Shown here piece by piece: positions 1 through 8,282 of a stretch of 20,000 nt of DNA. The notes beneath the pieces are model-generated. The model was not told where the DNA came from. It did no database searches and worked only from the letters and a program-made list of their open reading frames with translations. Each line of letters starts with the position of its first letter. Position 1 is the first letter of the stretch. The position numbers and the translations under genes are program-made. The stretch covers positions 47,974-67,973 of the forward strand of contig NZ_MWQY01000020.1 in the NCBI RefSeq assembly GCF_002087085.1, written 5' to 3'.

Positions 1-415
1 GACTGTCGGGGACCTCGAGGTTGGTCAGGTCCACCAGGCTTTCCACATCCTTCACCGAAACATAACCATGCTGAGGGATTACAAGTTCAAGCAGGGAGAG
101 GAGATACAGATAGGGAAGCCTGATACCCCGGACTGTTGCGTCTGCCGGCCCGGTACCGTCAAGGAGGGGAACCAGGGCAGAAAAGAACCCCGCGGAATCA
201 TCCTCGAAACCGCAGGCCCTGAGCAGTCCGGTGAAGCGCTCCGTCCCGTCTCCTTCGCCCAGGAGGGCTCTGAACTCCGGCCCCACCAGGTCAAAGGTGG
301 CGTAGTTCTCCAGAAACTCCCTGCTCTTGTCTTCCAGTAGGGAGAGCGGGACGCTCAGTTCCCTGCCCGAGTTCTTCAATACGATTCTGACTGCATCTGT
401 TCCGCTGTTCGTCAT
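1..415 (-). CDS. Partial CDS (N-terminal 138 codons, runs off the left edge); tentatively the N-terminus of a long KamA-family radical SAM protein
   Basis: Not in the ORF track because it has no stop in the window. I translated it by hand from the ATG at 415 (AAGGA upstream): MTNSGTDAVRIVLKNSGRELSVPLSLLEDKSREFLENYATFDLVGPEF...LPYLYLLSLLELVIPQHGYVSVKDVESLVDLTNLEVPDS, open to position 1. The frame is also open back to an ATG near 517. The KamA guess rests only on a recalled resemblance of the last segment; no CxxxCxxC motif is visible here. Confidence 0.6.
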   Translation of the reverse strand, partial: MTNSGTDAVRIVLKNSGRELSVPLSLLEDKSREFLENYATFDLVGPEFRALLGEGDGTERFTGLLRACGFEDDSAGFFSALVPLLDGTGPADATVRGIRLPYLYLLSLLELVIPQHGYVSVKDVESLVDLTNLEVPDS

Positions 416-549
416 TGGCCGTAATCCTTGTGTTGTTGTCGAAACCCAGTATAGGGGATGTCCGGGCGGATAACAAGGAAAGGGAGCTTCAGGCGAAGGT
501 ATTTCTGTTTCCCCCATAAACGGAAAACATGTTATTCTGAAGAGGAAAA

Positions 550-1815
550 ATGGTTCATGTCATAAAATCGTACTCCGAAGATCCTCTTCGTTCTGCGGCA
601 CTGGCCATATCTCTGCTGCTTCACGCTTCCACGGCCCTGCTCTTCCATTACGCATATATCGATTCAGGACAGCAGCATCTGATTCTGCAGGAGTTTGCCT
701 GGCATTTCCGCATTCTGCTGGCCCTATCCGCTGCCCTTTCGGTACTGCTGCGATTATTCCGGAAGAATGCTTCCCTGCTTCTCATTTTTAAAATAGGCCT
801 CTTTTTCCTGATTACCTACCCCCTCGGACTGGAGGTCGGTCTGTTCCTTGTTCTCCTGCTTACGGTTCTTACGGAGATTTTCGCTTATCTCCCGGTAAAA
901 ACAGCAGTTCTATACTGCGTGCTCTGTCTGGGAACGGCCGGAACCCTGGGCAAACCCGGGTCTGCATTCAACTACCCCCGGGACAGCGCCGAAATCCAGG
1001 AGCTGATCACAGTAGGGCTTACAAGCCTTCTCTGCTCCTTTCTTCTTCTGATATACCGGCAGACAAGGATAAACCTCTCCACGGAGAAACATAAAACCGG
1101 GCATCTGAATTCGGTCATTTCCCAGCTTTCGGACGCCAATCTCGACTTTCAGCGTTATGTACACAGCGTGGAATACTCGGCGGTTCAATCCGAGCGGCGA
1201 AGAATAAGCAGTGAGATTCATGACACCGTCGGTTACTCCCTGACAAATATTCTGATGACCCTGGAGGCCGTCAGCGACCTGATCGACAGGGATAGCCGGA
1301 GGGCACATGAGGCCCTCGAACGTTCCATACGGGAAGCCCAGAACTGCCTGGAGGAGACCCGCCGTTCAATGCAGGAACTCAGGTCGAAGGAACAGAATGA
1401 GGCGGTGGGGCTTCAGGCCCTGGCCCACCTGGTCCGTTCCTTCAGCGAAGCCACGGGAATCAGGGTGAAAATGGAGTTCGGCAACGCCCCCAACAGCTTC
1501 GGCAGCAGGATTGACCTTGTGCTTTTCAGGATAATACAGGAAGGCCTTACCAACGCTTTTCGCCACGGCCAGGCGGATACGGTCAGAATCGCATTATGGA
1601 TCGAAAACAGTGAGCTGCTTGTTTCAATACTGGATAACGGCCGGGGAACAAGCCAGATCGTCGAAGGAATAGGCATCAGCGGAATGCGGGAACGGGTGGA
1701 AAACATAAAGGGTACAATCAGTTTCAAAAACTATCCCGACGGTTTCAGTGTAAAGGCTGTACTGCCGCTTACGGAGGATGATAATGGACAGAATACGGGT
1801 AGTCCTCGTGGATGA
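550..1815 (+). CDS. Membrane sensor histidine kinase, HisKA_3 (NarX/DesK/UhpB-type)
   Basis: Multi-TM N-terminus; H-box ERRRISSEIHDTVGYSLT; N-box FRIIQEGLTNAFRHG; G-boxes DNGRG and GIGISGMRERV; GAGG upstream of the ATG. Confidence 0.95.
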   Translation: MVHVIKSYSEDPLRSAALAISLLLHASTALLFHYAYIDSGQQHLILQEFAWHFRILLALSAALSVLLRLFRKNASLLLIFKIGLFFLITYPLGLEVGLFLVLLLTVLTEIFAYLPVKTAVLYCVLCLGTAGTLGKPGSAFNYPRDSAEIQELITVGLTSLLCSFLLLIYRQTRINLSTEKHKTGHLNSVISQLSDANLDFQRYVHSVEYSAVQSERRRISSEIHDTVGYSLTNILMTLEAVSDLIDRDSRRAHEALERSIREAQNCLEETRRSMQELRSKEQNEAVGLQALAHLVRSFSEATGIRVKMEFGNAPNSFGSRIDLVLFRIIQEGLTNAFRHGQADTVRIALWIENSELLVSILDNGRGTSQIVEGIGISGMRERVENIKGTISFKNYPDGFSVKAVLPLTEDDNGQNTGSPRG

Positions 1816-2473
1816 CCAGGTTTTATTTGTAGAAAGCCTGCAGACCGTTCTGGAGCTCAGGTCCGACGACATCGAGGTCGTGGGGACTGCCCATAACGGA
1901 GAAGAAGGGCTGGAGGTCATCCGGGCTGCCAGACCGGACATAGTCCTGATGGACGTACGGATGCCCGGGATGGACGGCGTAGAAGCCACCCGCAGGCTGC
2001 ACCAGGAACACCCGGAAATCAAGGTTGTCATGCTGACAACCTTTGATGATGACGTCTACGTTCGCGAGGCCATGCAGTACAGCGCTGTAGGATACATTCT
2101 CAAGAATATCCCCGCCACCAACCTGATCAATTCGATCCGGGCTGTCATGGACGGAACGATCCAGCTTTCTCCCAGCGTCATGCACAAGATAGTCAGCCCT
2201 GAAATCGACCCTGAACCTGCTGTGAATGTCGGAAAAAAATCCCGGACTGAACTCCATGCCTCGGATTTCAGCCGCAGGGAGCGGGAGGTCCTCTACTTCC
2301 TGTCCAGGGGGCTGGATAACAGAACCATAGGAGAAAAACTCTTTATTGCAGAGCAGACCGTGAAGAACCAGATTTCAAGGATATATGGAAAGATCGGCAG
2401 CCACGACCGCTTCAAAGCAGCGGAAATCGCCCGGGAACTCGATATAGGCAGGTATATCTCCCGGGAGGACTAG
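1784..2473 (+). CDS. NarL/FixJ-family response regulator (REC + LuxR HTH)
   Basis: VVLVDDQ, phospho-Asp motif DIVLMDVRMPGMDG, MLTTFDD, GYILK, and HTH FSRREREVLYFLSRGLDNRTIGEKLFIAEQTVKNQISRIYGK. GGAGG at 1773-1777 favours ATG 1784 over 1778. Overlaps the kinase 3' end. Confidence 0.96.
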   Translation: MDRIRVVLVDDQVLFVESLQTVLELRSDDIEVVGTAHNGEEGLEVIRAARPDIVLMDVRMPGMDGVEATRRLHQEHPEIKVVMLTTFDDDVYVREAMQYSAVGYILKNIPATNLINSIRAVMDGTIQLSPSVMHKIVSPEIDPEPAVNVGKKSRTELHASDFSRREREVLYFLSRGLDNRTIGEKLFIAEQTVKNQISRIYGKIGSHDRFKAAEIARELDIGRYISRED

Positions 2474-3462
2474 ATCCGTACAAGGGCCTCATTTTCAAGG
2501 GACTGAAGAAGCCGGTGAATGCAATTCTGAGCTTCCCGGGCTTCCCGTATCGGGACCTTCGCGGCCTTCCCTTCCCTCACGGAATCGAGAAAATCCATCA
2601 GGGCCATCCTGCGAAGGTCGGTTTCCGGCGGGAACTCTTCCACGCCCCTCTCCTCACCTGCAGTCCGGCGAAGTGTTCCGGTTTTCAGAGATGAGTACTC
2701 AGCCATAAGACGGGAGCAGACAAGACGGAATCCCGCCTCCCACCTGCCGGGAACGGCACAGTTGGAGGCAGCCAGGGAGACCAGGGCCCCGGATTTCATT
2801 ACCAGGCAGGCTGTCGAGGTATCCTCGATGGTATAACCCGGTACCTCACGATGACAGATGTTGTCCCGGAACCCGACGACCCCGGCGGCCGGACCGAGAA
2901 GGTGCAGAACCAGGTCGAAAAGATGGATCACCTGTTCAAGAAGCTGTCCGCCGGAGATCTCCTCCCTTCGCCACCAGGAGGAATGAAGGGAATTGCACAG
3001 GTAAAAGCCCTGAAGCAGAGAAGCCGTACCGGCCTCCCCGGAGCGCAGCAGTTCCTTGATCCTGACAACCAGGGGATGAAAACGGTGCTGAAAATCAACC
3101 TGGGTAATCACCCCGGCAGCCTCCGCCGCCCTGACCATATTCTCCGCTTCATTCTCTTTGAGAGCCAGGGGCTTCTCCAGAAAAAGGTGGATGCCCCGCC
3201 CCGCGGCCTCCTCCACTTCTCCCTGATGCCCCCCGGGGGGCAGACAGACAAAGAGGGCATCGGGTTGTATCTGACCGAGCATTTTTCGGTGGTCCGTATA
3301 CAGCGCTACCTTCCTGCCCAGCCGGGAGGCCAGGGCTTCGGCGCTTTCGATACGGCGGGAACAGAGGGCGACGATGCGAGCCTTGCCGCTGGCTTCGGCA
3401 TTGAGGGCATGGGTCTGCCCCATGGAACCGGTGCCGATGACAGCGCATCGCAGTCTATTCAT
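2470..3462 (-). CDS. Gfo/Idh/MocA-family NAD(P)-dependent oxidoreductase
   Basis: Rossmann motif AVIGTGSMG, HLFLEKPLA, DFQHRF, GGQLLEQVIHLFD. Start MNRLRC at 3462 overlaps the upstream gene's stop. Its stop shares the CTAG at 2470-2473 with the convergent response regulator. Confidence 0.92.
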   Translation of the reverse strand: MNRLRCAVIGTGSMGQTHALNAEASGKARIVALCSRRIESAEALASRLGRKVALYTDHRKMLGQIQPDALFVCLPPGGHQGEVEEAAGRGIHLFLEKPLALKENEAENMVRAAEAAGVITQVDFQHRFHPLVVRIKELLRSGEAGTASLLQGFYLCNSLHSSWWRREEISGGQLLEQVIHLFDLVLHLLGPAAGVVGFRDNICHREVPGYTIEDTSTACLVMKSGALVSLAASNCAVPGRWEAGFRLVCSRLMAEYSSLKTGTLRRTAGEERGVEEFPPETDLRRMALMDFLDSVREGKAAKVPIREAREAQNCIHRLLQSLENEALVRI

Positions 3463-4534
3463 CCTGTTCTCCCTCTGTTCCTGATTCCGCTGCAGGGAAT
3501 ACCACCCCAAGCTTTATTGCCCGGGCCGGATTCTCCATGCACATCCGGTACTCCTCCTTTAGCTCCGCGTAGGGAACAAGCCGGTCGATTATATGATGCC
3601 CCGGTATGAGCCCCCGCCCTGTCAGATGCAGGCATTCGGCCTCTATGCGTTCGGCCCTCCAGCGGGGATGTTCCCTGTTGGGATCACTGGTGGCCCGGGA
3701 AAAGAGGATCTGCGGGCAGTTCATGTGGGCTTCGGCTCCCAGGTCCAGGCCGCCCCCCCAGGGGGGAGGAAAAGCTCCACAGACGACTCTTCCTCCGAAG
3801 GCAACACCGCGGAGGGCCTCCTGGAGGGCCTGCCGGGAGCCGGACATCTCAATAACCGCATCCGCGCCCATACCACCGGTACAAAGCTTCAACTCCCGTC
3901 CCACGTCAGAAGAACCCGGGTCCAGCACCCCGGTGGCACCCAGTCGCAGGGCCGCAGCCAGGCGCTCCTTCAAGGGATCGACAGCCACGACCTGCGCCGC
4001 TCCGGAGAGCAGAGCCATACGGATACAGAGAAGCCCGATGGCCCCCATACCGAATACGGCCACCCTGTCCCCCAGGCGGACCTGACTGTCCCGTAGGGCC
4101 GCCAGGGCAAAACGGGCCGGGTCAAGACACAGAGCGGAGCGCCAGTCAATCTTCGGCAGATGCCAGAGCCGGTCTGCGGGAACAAGCACATGTTCCGCAA
4201 AAGAGGAGAAGCCGAAAACACGCTCCCCTGCTGAAAAGTCCGTCACCCCCGAGCCGATGGCGGCAACCCTTCCTGCCACCATATTGCCGGCTAAAAAGAA
4301 GGATTCTCCACCCTCTTCCTTAATGTCCCCCGGTACTTTTTCATGGATTCGAAGTTCTTCGTTCCAGGTTCCCCTACGGGAAGGATACCCACGGGCCATG
4401 GAAAACTCGGTGCCATGTTTAATGGCCCCGTACTGAACTTTCACCAGAACCTCCCGCGGACCTGGATCCCGGCGGGGAATCTCCTTCCATTCCAGTCTTC
4501 CCGTCCCCTCCCCGACCTGCAGCACCCTGTTCAC
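3455..4534 (-). CDS. ycjQ: MDR (zinc-type alcohol dehydrogenase-like) sugar dehydrogenase, YcjQ-like (E. coli D-guloside 3-dehydrogenase subfamily)
   Basis: Motifs match my recollection of E. coli YcjQ: GAIKHGTE, GNMVAG, WRSALCLDPARFA, VRLGDRVAVFGMGAIG, LGAEAHMN, FSRATSDPNREHPRW, IKLGVVF. The GTG start overlaps the melA stop. Confidence 0.85.
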   Translation of the reverse strand: MNRVLQVGEGTGRLEWKEIPRRDPGPREVLVKVQYGAIKHGTEFSMARGYPSRRGTWNEELRIHEKVPGDIKEEGGESFFLAGNMVAGRVAAIGSGVTDFSAGERVFGFSSFAEHVLVPADRLWHLPKIDWRSALCLDPARFALAALRDSQVRLGDRVAVFGMGAIGLLCIRMALLSGAAQVVAVDPLKERLAAALRLGATGVLDPGSSDVGRELKLCTGGMGADAVIEMSGSRQALQEALRGVAFGGRVVCGAFPPPWGGGLDLGAEAHMNCPQILFSRATSDPNREHPRWRAERIEAECLHLTGRGLIPGHHIIDRLVPYAELKEEYRMCMENPARAIKLGVVFPAAESGTEGEQDE

Positions 4535-5838
4535 GGGATAATCCTGCAGTAGTCGCCGTGGGCCTCGAGCATGTCGTCGCAGAGGGAAACAATCTCGTCG
4601 ATACTGAGCTCCGCCGCGGTATGGGGGTCAAGAAAGGCAGCCTGGTAGAGGGCCTCCCGGCTTCCCTTAAGGGCAGCCTCGATGGTCATGAGCTGCACAT
4701 GCACTGCCGCACTGTTGAGGGCGGCACACTGGGTTGGGAGTTCCCCCGCATACACCCCCTGAACGCCGTTACGGTCAACCAGACAGGGAAGCTCCACCAG
4801 GGCTTTTGCCGGCAGGTTGGGAATGAGACCCCTGTTCGGCACATTCCCGTGGACCCGCCGGGGAGTTCCGCAAACGACTGAGTCCATTATGCCGGCGGCA
4901 TACTCGTAGGATAGGCCCCCAGCCTCTGCGCGGGAATCCAGGTCCTTACCTTTCTCCTGTTCCCACTCCCGGATCTGTTCCCTGCAGCGGCGGGGATATT
5001 CGTCCAGGGGGATATGGTATTCCTCGATCAGCCCGGGATGCGTGCGCTTTATCCAGTAGGGAGTATACTCCGCATTGTGCTCCGAAGATTCAGTTACATA
5101 ATAGCCGAAGCGCCTCATCATCTCGAAGCGCAGCCGGTCTTTATGCTCCCTGAGTCCTTGAGCCCTCCGCTTTATTTCCGGGTAGAGATCCCTGGCCTTG
5201 TGCTGTATTTCCAGCAGCCAGGCCATGTGATTTATCCCGGCAATCTTCCAACGGACTTCCTGCGGGTCGATGTCGATTCCGGTGTACTGCAGAAGCCGGG
5301 GGACGCAGATCTGTACGGAGTGGCACAGCCCGACGGTCCGGATCCCTGAAGCAGCCAGAATACCTCCGGTTACAATGGAGAGAGGATTTACATAATTAAG
5401 CAGAAGGGCATCGGGGCACTCCTTTTCCATCTCCTTAACGATCTCGAACATCACCTGCAGGGTCCGAATTCCCCGGAAGATCCCCCCGATCCCCAGGGTA
5501 TCCCCGATGGTCTGCCTCAGCCCGTAGCGGGCGGGAATTTCAAAATCAATCACCGTTGCCGGTTCGTAGCCCCCCACCTGTATCGCATTTATGACAAAGT
5601 CCGCACTCCGCAGGGCAGCCCGCCTCTCATGATCACCGCAGAATCCCCGGACCCGGGCCAATCCGGCATTCAGTTTCTGGTTCATCCTGCCGATGATCGC
5701 CAGGGATTCCTCCAGCCGGACTCCGTCGATATCGTACAGGTGTATCTCGACATCCTGCAGAGCGGGAGTCTGAAAAACATCCCCCAGAATATTACGCACA
5801 AAAACCGTACTTCCTGCACCCAGAAAAGTAATGATCAT
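4531..5838 (-). CDS. melA: GH4 NAD+/Mn2+-dependent alpha-galactosidase (MelA-like)
   Basis: GH4 motifs FLGAGSTVF, QTIGDTLGIGGIFRGIRT, LLNYVNP, GLCHSVQ, GINHMAW, VTESSEHNAEY, LDPHTAAELS. Confidence 0.93.
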   Translation of the reverse strand: MIITFLGAGSTVFVRNILGDVFQTPALQDVEIHLYDIDGVRLEESLAIIGRMNQKLNAGLARVRGFCGDHERRAALRSADFVINAIQVGGYEPATVIDFEIPARYGLRQTIGDTLGIGGIFRGIRTLQVMFEIVKEMEKECPDALLLNYVNPLSIVTGGILAASGIRTVGLCHSVQICVPRLLQYTGIDIDPQEVRWKIAGINHMAWLLEIQHKARDLYPEIKRRAQGLREHKDRLRFEMMRRFGYYVTESSEHNAEYTPYWIKRTHPGLIEEYHIPLDEYPRRCREQIREWEQEKGKDLDSRAEAGGLSYEYAAGIMDSVVCGTPRRVHGNVPNRGLIPNLPAKALVELPCLVDRNGVQGVYAGELPTQCAALNSAAVHVQLMTIEAALKGSREALYQAAFLDPHTAAELSIDEIVSLCDDMLEAHGDYCRIIP

Positions 5839-5892
5839 ATCCTTGTCCTCATACCCGCCATGCTAAAACAGCAGATTCCCGGGGTATATAGC

Positions 5893-5923
5893 AAAATGTG
5901 GAGTCCCATTGTAAAATGTGGAG
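5893..5923. promoter_or_regulatory. Perfect 11-bp direct repeat AAAATGTGGAG with a 20-bp period; candidate AraC-family operator
   Basis: Copies at 5893-5903 and 5913-5923 in the short divergent melA/araC intergenic region. AraC/MelR-type proteins typically bind tandem sites about two helical turns apart. Confidence 0.55.
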
Positions 5924-5924
5924 A

Positions 5925-6776
5925 ATGAAGTCCGGCGCTGAGTTTTTCAACACCATTGTTCCCTCCGCCGATATAAACCTTCTGTTCACAGGGTACGAAC
6001 AGTGTCCTCCGGAAAAAGCCTGCGGCGGCATTCGTGCCCATTTTCTTCTGCATTATGTACTGTCCGGCGGCGGAACGGTACTCACCGGAAAAACGACCTC
6101 CCGTATCTCCGCGGGGGATCTGTTCTGCTATTATCCGGAACAGCCCCTCTGCTACACGGCGGATCCTTTGCGGCCATGGAAGTTCGCCTGGGTGGGATTC
6201 ACCGGAACACGAGCCGGAGAAATTCTCAGGTCATCCTCCGGGGGAGCTCCTCTGACCATCCATACCCATCCCTCTCCGTCACGAATGGAGTCTCTCTTTG
6301 AATCACTCTTCCGGCAGCAGGAGAAACGACACGAGGGTTTTAACCTGGTTTCGGAAGGTATTCTCCTCGAGATTCTGGGAGAACTGTGCCGGGCTCGCCG
6401 CAGCTATCCCGAATCTGTTCCGGATCACGCCACTCCTGCCGATCCCGGAGCTGCTGACCTTCGGTCCTTTTATGTGGAAAAGATGAAGCAGTTCATCCAA
6501 TCCAATTATCAGAACGCCATTACCGTACAGCATGTGGTGGACTACATCGGGATTGACCGCTCCTACGCCTCCCGGATATTTCATCGCATCGAGAAGCGGA
6601 CGATACAGCGCTACCTCATCGATCTCCGGATGACCCAGGCCAGAAGGCTGCTTGCGGAAAAGAGACTGTCCATTGTAAACGTCGCCCGTTCGGTGGGGTA
6701 TCAGGATTATGCCACCTTCGAACGGCGTTTCAGGCAGGAGCACGGAAGATCTCCCGGTTCCTTTCCGGATGTGTAA
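5925..6776 (+). CDS. AraC-family transcriptional regulator (cupin sugar-binding domain + double HTH)
   Basis: N-terminal GYEQC...HFLLHYVLSGGG...PWKFAWVGFTG; C-terminal YLIDLRMTQARRLL...VARSVGYQDYATFERRFRQEHGRSP. Start uncertain (ATG 5925 or GTG 5898). Confidence 0.94.
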   Translation: MKSGAEFFNTIVPSADINLLFTGYEQCPPEKACGGIRAHFLLHYVLSGGGTVLTGKTTSRISAGDLFCYYPEQPLCYTADPLRPWKFAWVGFTGTRAGEILRSSSGGAPLTIHTHPSPSRMESLFESLFRQQEKRHEGFNLVSEGILLEILGELCRARRSYPESVPDHATPADPGAADLRSFYVEKMKQFIQSNYQNAITVQHVVDYIGIDRSYASRIFHRIEKRTIQRYLIDLRMTQARRLLAEKRLSIVNVARSVGYQDYATFERRFRQEHGRSPGSFPDV

Positions 6777-6781
6777 AACAG

Positions 6782-6804
6782 GTACGAAATCGGTACTTTC
6801 GTAC
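6782..6804. promoter_or_regulatory. Inverted repeat GTACGAAA-N7-TTTCGTAC upstream of the ABC operon; candidate regulator binding site
   Basis: Perfect 8-bp arms at 6782-6789 and 6797-6804, with GTAC occurring three times. There is no U-tract and the stem is AT-rich, so an operator is more likely than a terminator. Confidence 0.45.
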
Positions 6805-6875
6805 TATTGTTGCCCCGGAATACCGGCTTTATGCTGATGTATGGAACTCAACTATTTCAAGGAGGTAGTGACGTG

Positions 6876-8258
6876 ATGAAAAAGTTGACAGTTTTTATGA
6901 TGCTTTTGATCCTGCTCGGCACTTTCATGTGGGCCGGCGGCCAGTCCGAACCCGCCGCGGAGGCGGCAGAGGTATCCGGACCGGTTTCCATCGATTTCTG
7001 GACCACCCAGACCCAGTCGGACCGGATGGCCACCATCCAGGTACTGATTGATACCTTTGAAGCCCTTAACCCGGATATTTCGATCAACCTGGTGGCGGTC
7101 GACGAAAATGACATGGCCACCCAGCTGAACACCTCAGCAGCCGCCAATACCCTTCCGGCCATGATTGAGTGTGCTGCGGAAAACGCCGTAGCCTTCGGCT
7201 CAGAGGGACTTCTCAATGCGGAGGCGATTACCGAAGTAATCAGGGACATCGGAAAGGAGAGGTTCTATGCCGGCACCCTGCGGCTGAACGAGACTGCCCG
7301 GAAAGGGATGTACTATGCTGTTCCCTACCACGGCTGGGTGCAGGGAATCTGGTACCGGGCTGACTGGTTCGAAGAAGCGGGACTGAATCCTCCTTCCTCC
7401 TGGGATGACATTCTGAAGGCCGCACAGTATTTCTACAAACCGGCAGAAAACCAGTATGGAATCCTCGTTGGTACCAAGGCGGAGGCCTATGCGGAACAGT
7501 GCTTTACCCAGATTGCCATGGCCAACGGTGCCCAGCTCTTCGACGCCGAAGGAAACCTCATCTTCAATTCACCGAAGATGCGCGAAGCCGTCGAGTATTA
7601 CGCTGAACTGGCAAAATACAATCCTCCGGGACCCCAGACCTGGCGTGCACGGGACTATTACCTGCAGGGTAAAATGGCCATGTTCTTCTACTCCACCTAT
7701 ATTATGGACGATCTGGCAATAGAGGCGGCGGCAAAGGACTCCCTGACAAACGAGAACTTCGAGGATCTGGCGGGCAGGAATTTTGATCCCGAACTCGTCC
7801 AGAATACCCGGCTATCCCCGATCATCAGAAACACCCAGAATGCCGGATACGGAACCATTGTAAGCTTCGGAATCCCCGATCATGGCGACCAGGCAAAAAT
7901 CGCAGCAGTCCAGAAGTTCATCAAGTACCTCTTCACCCCCAATGCCTATATTACCTGGCTGCACATGGCCCCTGGGGGTATGAATCCAGTTCTTAAGGAG
8001 ATCGCCACCAATGCCCGTTTCCAGAATGATCCCAAGGGCCTTTTCCAGCACTACGGAAAAGACAAAATGGCGGAGATCATCCAGGGCCTGGACAGTATCG
8101 AAACCTTCAGCATTGTCGAAGGCAAGCGTATGGCCGCAGCGAGCACAATATACTCCAAGCAGATAATCCCGCAAATGCTCTACAAAATTACCCAGGAGGG
8201 GATGGATATCGACGCAGCCATGGAATGGGCCGAGGCCGAGATGAAAAAACTCATGTAA
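6876..8258 (+). CDS. Sugar ABC transporter substrate-binding protein (CUT1, YcjN-like)
   Basis: GGAGGT RBS at 6861-6866 (start GTG 6873 or ATG 6876); signal peptide MKKLTVFMMLLILLGTFMWA/GGQSE; WVQGIWYRADWFEEAGLNPPSSWDDIL, EQCFTQIAMAN, FYSTYI and WLHMAPGG resemble recalled YcjN. Confidence 0.92.
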   Translation: MKKLTVFMMLLILLGTFMWAGGQSEPAAEAAEVSGPVSIDFWTTQTQSDRMATIQVLIDTFEALNPDISINLVAVDENDMATQLNTSAAANTLPAMIECAAENAVAFGSEGLLNAEAITEVIRDIGKERFYAGTLRLNETARKGMYYAVPYHGWVQGIWYRADWFEEAGLNPPSSWDDILKAAQYFYKPAENQYGILVGTKAEAYAEQCFTQIAMANGAQLFDAEGNLIFNSPKMREAVEYYAELAKYNPPGPQTWRARDYYLQGKMAMFFYSTYIMDDLAIEAAAKDSLTNENFEDLAGRNFDPELVQNTRLSPIIRNTQNAGYGTIVSFGIPDHGDQAKIAAVQKFIKYLFTPNAYITWLHMAPGGMNPVLKEIATNARFQNDPKGLFQHYGKDKMAEIIQGLDSIETFSIVEGKRMAAASTIYSKQIIPQMLYKITQEGMDIDAAMEWAEAEMKKLM

Positions 8259-8282
8259 TACGCTTTGCGCAGGGGAAACAGT

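Noticed and set aside
2470..2473. Convergent genes sharing the CTAG stop tetranucleotide
   Set aside because: Real, but a common arrangement for convergent genes; not evidence of anything unusual.
2851..4096. Plus-strand ORFs of 159-252 aa overlapping the dehydrogenase genes
   Set aside because: Shadow ORFs opposite genes with strong family motifs; no domain signatures.
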